Assembly: GCA_963666345.1 (NCBI GenBank)
Contig: OY762721.1
Coordinates: forward strand, 1,792,001-1,856,000
DNA length: 64,000 bases
Origin: Desulfatiglandales bacterium
GTDB lineage: Bacteria > Desulfobacterota > DSM-4660 > Desulfatiglandales > Desulfatiglandaceae
Reading direction: 5' to 3'
Shown: positions 60,025-64,000 of the stretch, piece after piece
Numbering within the stretch: the first letter of the stretch is position 1
Layout: the number at the start of each line of letters is the position of its first letter
Notes under the pieces: generated by a model
The model's input: only the letters and a program-made list of their open reading frames with translations
The model's database searches: none
Told to the model about the DNA's origin: nothing
Program-made: the position numbers and the translations under genes

Positions 60025-60151
60025 AAAACCAAAAGCTTCACCTTAAGCATAATAAAGCAAAACAAAATTAAAACAGATACTTGTCTTGTCGCCTGTTTTT
60101 GTGGCCGACAGAACATGTCAGTTTTTTTACTCTTTATGAAACATTTGTTAT

Positions 60152-60502
60152 TCATGCTTCCTGTTTGCTTCTCCGTTCTTCTCCGATTTTATCCGTGATT
60201 TTCCCTTTTCCTGAAGATCCTCTTATGAAACTCACCTCTGCATTTAAGGTATAAGCCGGCACCGGTTCAGATAAGACCGCTCCCAAAATGTATTCAAAGA
60301 AAAGAGATGAGGTACCGATCTGATTCGGATTCATCACCCGAATCAGACCGGGGTGGAAATTCATTTAAACAAACGCCGTGCTGACAGACATTCCGATTCC
60401 GACTACAAATACAACAGCGGTAATTACTACACTGGTTGATACCAATATCGGAGAAAGCCCAACCAGAAGAAACCCTACCAGAAATCTCTTATCTCCAATC
60501 AT
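60152..60502 (-). pseudogene. membrane-protein ORF split by an in-frame TAA (45-aa hydrophobic ORF 60365-60502 plus 70-aa ORF 60152-60364)
   Basis: AGGAGG SD, MIGDKRFLVGFLLVGLSPILVSTSVVITAVVFVVGIGMSVSTAFV-TAA-ATG, continuing in the same frame. Confidence 0.5.
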
Positions 60503-60563
60503 AACTATTACCTCCTATCTGTAAAATTCAATTCGCACTCATAGGCTCTTTCATCTTCGACCT

Positions 60564-61031
60564 TCACTGTAACTTCCGAATACTAACCGCAGAAATAGCT
60601 GGTTTCTTCCTGTTGAAAAACCCTCTCATCACAATTCCCAGGACATCCACCCTGTCACCCGCCCTGACCGCTTCCGCCGGGGAGGTAAACATAATCACTT
60701 TGATATTGCCGCTTTTATCCTTAATATTGTAATGAGGTCTTTTCAGCCACCTGAACATGACTCTTTCAACGTCACCCTCGACCCTGACGATACTGCCGCT
60801 CATACCTGAATTTATTTTATTGATCCTGAACAAAGACGCTCTTTTCCGAAAACGACCCTCTGCCTGAGCATAACTGCTGCGGCTCATCCAATTGAGTGCC
60901 ATAGGGATTAACAAGAGCAGCATCAACCCGGGGATACCGAATGCCAACACCTGAGTATCCCCGCTTACGGCAAAATGAATGGTAAGACCTGCACTACAGA
61001 TAATAAATGCTGCCCAAGAAAATAGAGACAT
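60564..61031 (-). CDS. membrane-anchored OB-fold protein
   Basis: Two N-terminal TMs, VRVEGDV, IKDKSGNIKV, AGDRVDVLG; starts right after the focA stop. Confidence 0.75.
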   Translation of the reverse strand: MSLFSWAAFIICSAGLTIHFAVSGDTQVLAFGIPGLMLLLLIPMALNWMSRSSYAQAEGRFRKRASLFRINKINSGMSGSIVRVEGDVERVMFRWLKRPHYNIKDKSGNIKVIMFTSPAEAVRAGDRVDVLGIVMRGFFNRKKPAISAVSIRKLQ

Positions 61032-61032
61032 C

Positions 61033-61947
61033 TTATTTTGTTTTCACTCCACTATAGTCATTTCTCTGCATATAATCGGGGGTCTCACCTCTGAACATGA
61101 CGAAATAGGCCACCCCGATAAAGAGAAATCCGCCGATTATATTTCCGATGGTCACTGGTATCAGGTTCCAGCCCCATATCTGGGCCCAGCTTATCGCGCC
61201 GTTTTGGGCAAGCGCGCCTCCTATCTTATCGATCACTTCCGGATGCAGATCCATAAGGAATTTTCCCGTGGGCAGAAAGTACATGTTTGCCACGCAATGC
61301 TCAAATCCTGTGGAAACAAAGGCCATTATAGGAAACCAGATGCCGAAGAATTTACCGACTACGTTGTCCGCTGATATGGCAAGCAATATGGCGATATTGA
61401 CCAGAAAATTACACCCGATTGCCTTCAAAAAAACGGACCAGAGTCCTGCCGCACCGACCGCTTTGTATGAAAGGACCTTGCCGGCGGCAATTGAGGTGGC
61501 GGTAAGGCCGAAGGCATTTACGCTCAACCCCTCTGCTCCACCTGTCACCAACGGGCCTCGTGCCATTATGTAGGCATAAAAAATCGACCCTATAAAATTT
61601 CCAATATATACCCAGACCCAGTTTCTTAAGACATCAGACCAGGTAATCTTTCGCATCATGGCCGCCATCGGAACCAGCATACAGTCACCGGTAAAAAGTT
61701 CCATCCCTGTCAGCACAATGGCGATGAGGCCTACAGGGAAGACGGAGCCCAAGATCAATTTGGCGATCCCCGGCCCAAGGTGAGCTGCTACCCCCGTGCA
61801 GCATACCGTGGCAAGCGCCCCTCCGATAGCGATATAGGCCCCTGCCATAAAACCCCTGATTATCAACTGCGTTACAGACAGTTTTGATTTATAAGTCCCT
61901 GCATTTGCAGCAAGTCCGACTAATGATGGCGGTGCATTAAAAGGCAT
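61033..61947 (-). CDS. focA: formate/nitrite transporter (FocA/FdhC family)
   Basis: GFMAGAYIAIG, FPVGL, ELFTG, GNFIG, KAIGCNFLV, GFEHCVANM, GNIIGG. Confidence 0.93.
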   Translation of the reverse strand: MPFNAPPSLVGLAANAGTYKSKLSVTQLIIRGFMAGAYIAIGGALATVCCTGVAAHLGPGIAKLILGSVFPVGLIAIVLTGMELFTGDCMLVPMAAMMRKITWSDVLRNWVWVYIGNFIGSIFYAYIMARGPLVTGGAEGLSVNAFGLTATSIAAGKVLSYKAVGAAGLWSVFLKAIGCNFLVNIAILLAISADNVVGKFFGIWFPIMAFVSTGFEHCVANMYFLPTGKFLMDLHPEVIDKIGGALAQNGAISWAQIWGWNLIPVTIGNIIGGFLFIGVAYFVMFRGETPDYMQRNDYSGVKTK

Positions 61948-62056
61948 TATGACCCCTCCTCATGTATATATATCAAGTTCAGAATTCAATTTTGTTACTC
62001 AACACAACTTGTACAAACCAAAAGCAATTGAGGTGGATTTTCAAATTAACAATTTT

Positions 62057-62311
62057 TCAACTTACAAAGGTCTCTTTCACCTCCCTCTTCCAGATGCAGA
62101 GAAGTTTGCCGCCGTGAAAATGGCACTGAACCAGTTCCCATTCTCTGTCTCCTTCCTCCTGCATTATACCTCGCAGATGTTCCAAACCCCTTTCAGGTAA
62201 ATCCGGCAATTGCTCAACCACGCAAAAGCCGCTGTTATTGCACTCAATGGAATCAGGAGGAATAATTGTATTCAGATCAAGCAACGTCGTTTTATAGTTG
62301 TACTTACTCAT
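62057..62311 (-). CDS. small hypothetical protein (DUF4177-like C-terminus)
   Basis: AAGGAGG SD; YNYK...EEGDREWELVQ...IWKRE. Confidence 0.75.
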   Translation of the reverse strand: MSKYNYKTTLLDLNTIIPPDSIECNNSGFCVVEQLPDLPERGLEHLRGIMQEEGDREWELVQCHFHGGKLLCIWKREVKETFVS

Positions 62312-62370
62312 GAGTGGCCCTCCTTATTAAATTAGCAATAAATTCACACAATATCAGAGGAGACCAGTTC

Positions 62371-64000
62371 CTACGCAGCCTCCACCTTCGCAGCGCATAC
62401 CTTGTACTCCGGAATTTTACCTACCGGATCCAGAGCCGGATTCGTCAGCCGGTTAACCTCCACCTCGTGAAAATGAAAATTCATGAAGATGACCCCTTCA
62501 GGCGACCGGTCGGTCACTCTCGCCTTTACCTCCACACTTCCCCTCCTGGTAGTGACCTTTACCTTTGAGGAATCTTCAATTCCATATCTCTTTGCATCTT
62601 CTCGGCTGATTTCAACAAGACTTTCAGGGCACCTCTCGGCCGGTCCCTTGGACCGCCTCGTCATTGTACCGGTATGGAAATGGTAAAGGACCCTTCCCGT
62701 ATTAAGGATGAGGGGGTATTCCTCATCCGGCAGTTCGGCGGAGGCCCTGTAATCAATGGCGTGGAAAAGCCCCTTTCCTCTTGCAAATTTATCCTTATGC
62801 AGGAACCTGGTGCCGGAATGATCCGTGTCAAGACACGGCCACTGCAACCCCTCTTTTTCAATCCGATCATAGGTAATTCCGGCATAGCTGGGCGTCACCA
62901 GATTTATCTCATGCATGATATCACCGGCAGAGCCGTAACTCATCGGATAACCCATTTTGCCGGCGATATTACAGATTATTTCCCAATCCGCTTTGGCTTC
63001 ACCGGGGGCATCAACCGCCTTTCGAATCCTTTGAACCCTCCTTTCCGTATTAGTATATGTCCCATCCTTTTCCGCAAAACATGCCGACGGCAGAACAACG
63101 TCAGCCAGGGCCCCCGTCTCATTCAGGAATATGTCCTGAACAACCAGAAAATCGAGATTTTTTAACGCCGCTTCCACATGATTCAGATCCGGATCGCTCA
63201 TCATCGGGTTTTCACCCATCACATAAAGGGCCTTTATGTCTCCCTTATGGGCCGCGTTCATGACCTCCACAACCGTAATACCCGGCTGTGAAGGCAACCT
63301 TACGCCCCACAGATCCTCCAGTTTTTTACGGGCGTCATCGTCGGCGACATTCTTATAGGCTGGAAAGACATTCGGCAAGGCACCCATATCGCAGGCGCCC
63401 TGCACATTGTTCTGCCCTCTTAGAGGGTTCACACCTCCCCCTTCAATTCCAATATTTCCACAGAGCATAGCCAGATTTGCACACGACATGACATTGTCGG
63501 TCCCTGTCGTGTGTTGAGTTATACCCATGGCATATAGAATCGAGGCCGCCGGCGCCTCGGCATACATCTTGGCCGCCGCCACAAGATCCCCGGCAGGAAC
63601 CCCTGAAATCTCCTCAACGTATCCGGGGGTATATTTCTTCAAAATCTCTTTCATCTCTTCAAAGCCCTCTGTACGGGCGTTTATATAGTCTTTTGCATGA
63701 AGATTCAGCTGCAGTATGACATTCATGATACCGTTCAGGACCGCAACATTCGTACCGGGCTTAGGCCTTAACCAGATGCTTGCGTAATTTGTAAGATCTA
63801 TCTTCCTGGGATCAATTACAATCAACTTGGCCCCATGCATCCTGACCGCCCTTTTAACCTTGCCTCCTATAACCGGGTGGTTCTCCGTCGTGTTGGTTCC
63901 GATAGCGAGAACAAGATCCGTGAATTCGATCTCATCTACCGAGTTCGTCATTGCGCCGCTTCCGAATGCAGCAGCCAGACCGGCCACTGTTACGGAGTGT
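62371..64000 (-). CDS. fdhA: formate dehydrogenase catalytic (alpha) subunit, 5' end outside the window; probable selenoprotein
   Basis: HSVTVAGLAAAFGSGAMTN, ENHPV, PLRGQNNVQGACDMG, FLVVQDIFL, TNTERRVQ, TGRVLYHFHTGTMT, IPEYK. Confidence 0.95.
   Translation of the reverse strand, partial: HSVTVAGLAAAFGSGAMTNSVDEIEFTDLVLAIGTNTTENHPVIGGKVKRAVRMHGAKLIVIDPRKIDLTNYASIWLRPKPGTNVAVLNGIMNVILQLNLHAKDYINARTEGFEEMKEILKKYTPGYVEEISGVPAGDLVAAAKMYAEAPAASILYAMGITQHTTGTDNVMSCANLAMLCGNIGIEGGGVNPLRGQNNVQGACDMGALPNVFPAYKNVADDDARKKLEDLWGVRLPSQPGITVVEVMNAAHKGDIKALYVMGENPMMSDPDLNHVEAALKNLDFLVVQDIFLNETGALADVVLPSACFAEKDGTYTNTERRVQRIRKAVDAPGEAKADWEIICNIAGKMGYPMSYGSAGDIMHEINLVTPSYAGITYDRIEKEGLQWPCLDTDHSGTRFLHKDKFARGKGLFHAIDYRASAELPDEEYPLILNTGRVLYHFHTGTMTRRSKGPAERCPESLVEISREDAKRYGIEDSSKVKVTTRRGSVEVKARVTDRSPEGVIFMNFHFHEVEVNRLTNPALDPVGKIPEYKVCAAKVEAA
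63969..63989 (-). other. putative bacterial SECIS hairpin
   Basis: Minus strand CAGTGGCC-GGTCT-GGCTGCTG stem-loop beginning about 10 nt after the active-site codon, with the same GGU loop position as E. coli fdhF. Confidence 0.7.

Overview
Gene-dense bacterial window. The gene content and intergenic repeat style fit an anaerobic deltaproteobacterium (Desulfobacterota-like; this is inference). From left to right it contains: a larC-pgpA-cinA-thpR operon; an HdrD-like Fe-S/CCG protein; a PAS hybrid kinase; crcB-DUF190 followed by a class II photolyase/ybgA/flavin-binding cluster; one intact 1530-bp IS4-like element (13-bp TIRs, 7-bp target duplication); an unannotated 50-aa gene; a small siroheme sulfite/nitrite reductase; ino1 plus a PIP-synthase-like CDP-alcohol transferase; a LarA-like protein; a bactofilin fusion beside an MltD-like transglycosylase; a CdaA-YbbR fusion; housekeeping genes (eno, pgk, HisK-type PHP, beta-CASP, kamA-like); a ~15.5-kb signalling island (5 histidine kinases, 7 receiver domains, one sigma54 activator, a DASS transporter with altered motifs, three sigma54 promoters); and the 3' part of a formate dehydrogenase/FocA operon that very likely encodes selenocysteine. 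The intergenic DNA carries several families of short dispersed and palindromic repeats, one of which encloses a decayed four-helix-bundle (TIGR02436-like) gene. I saw no rRNA, tRNA or CRISPR array. All calls are from reading motifs by eye; no database searches were run.
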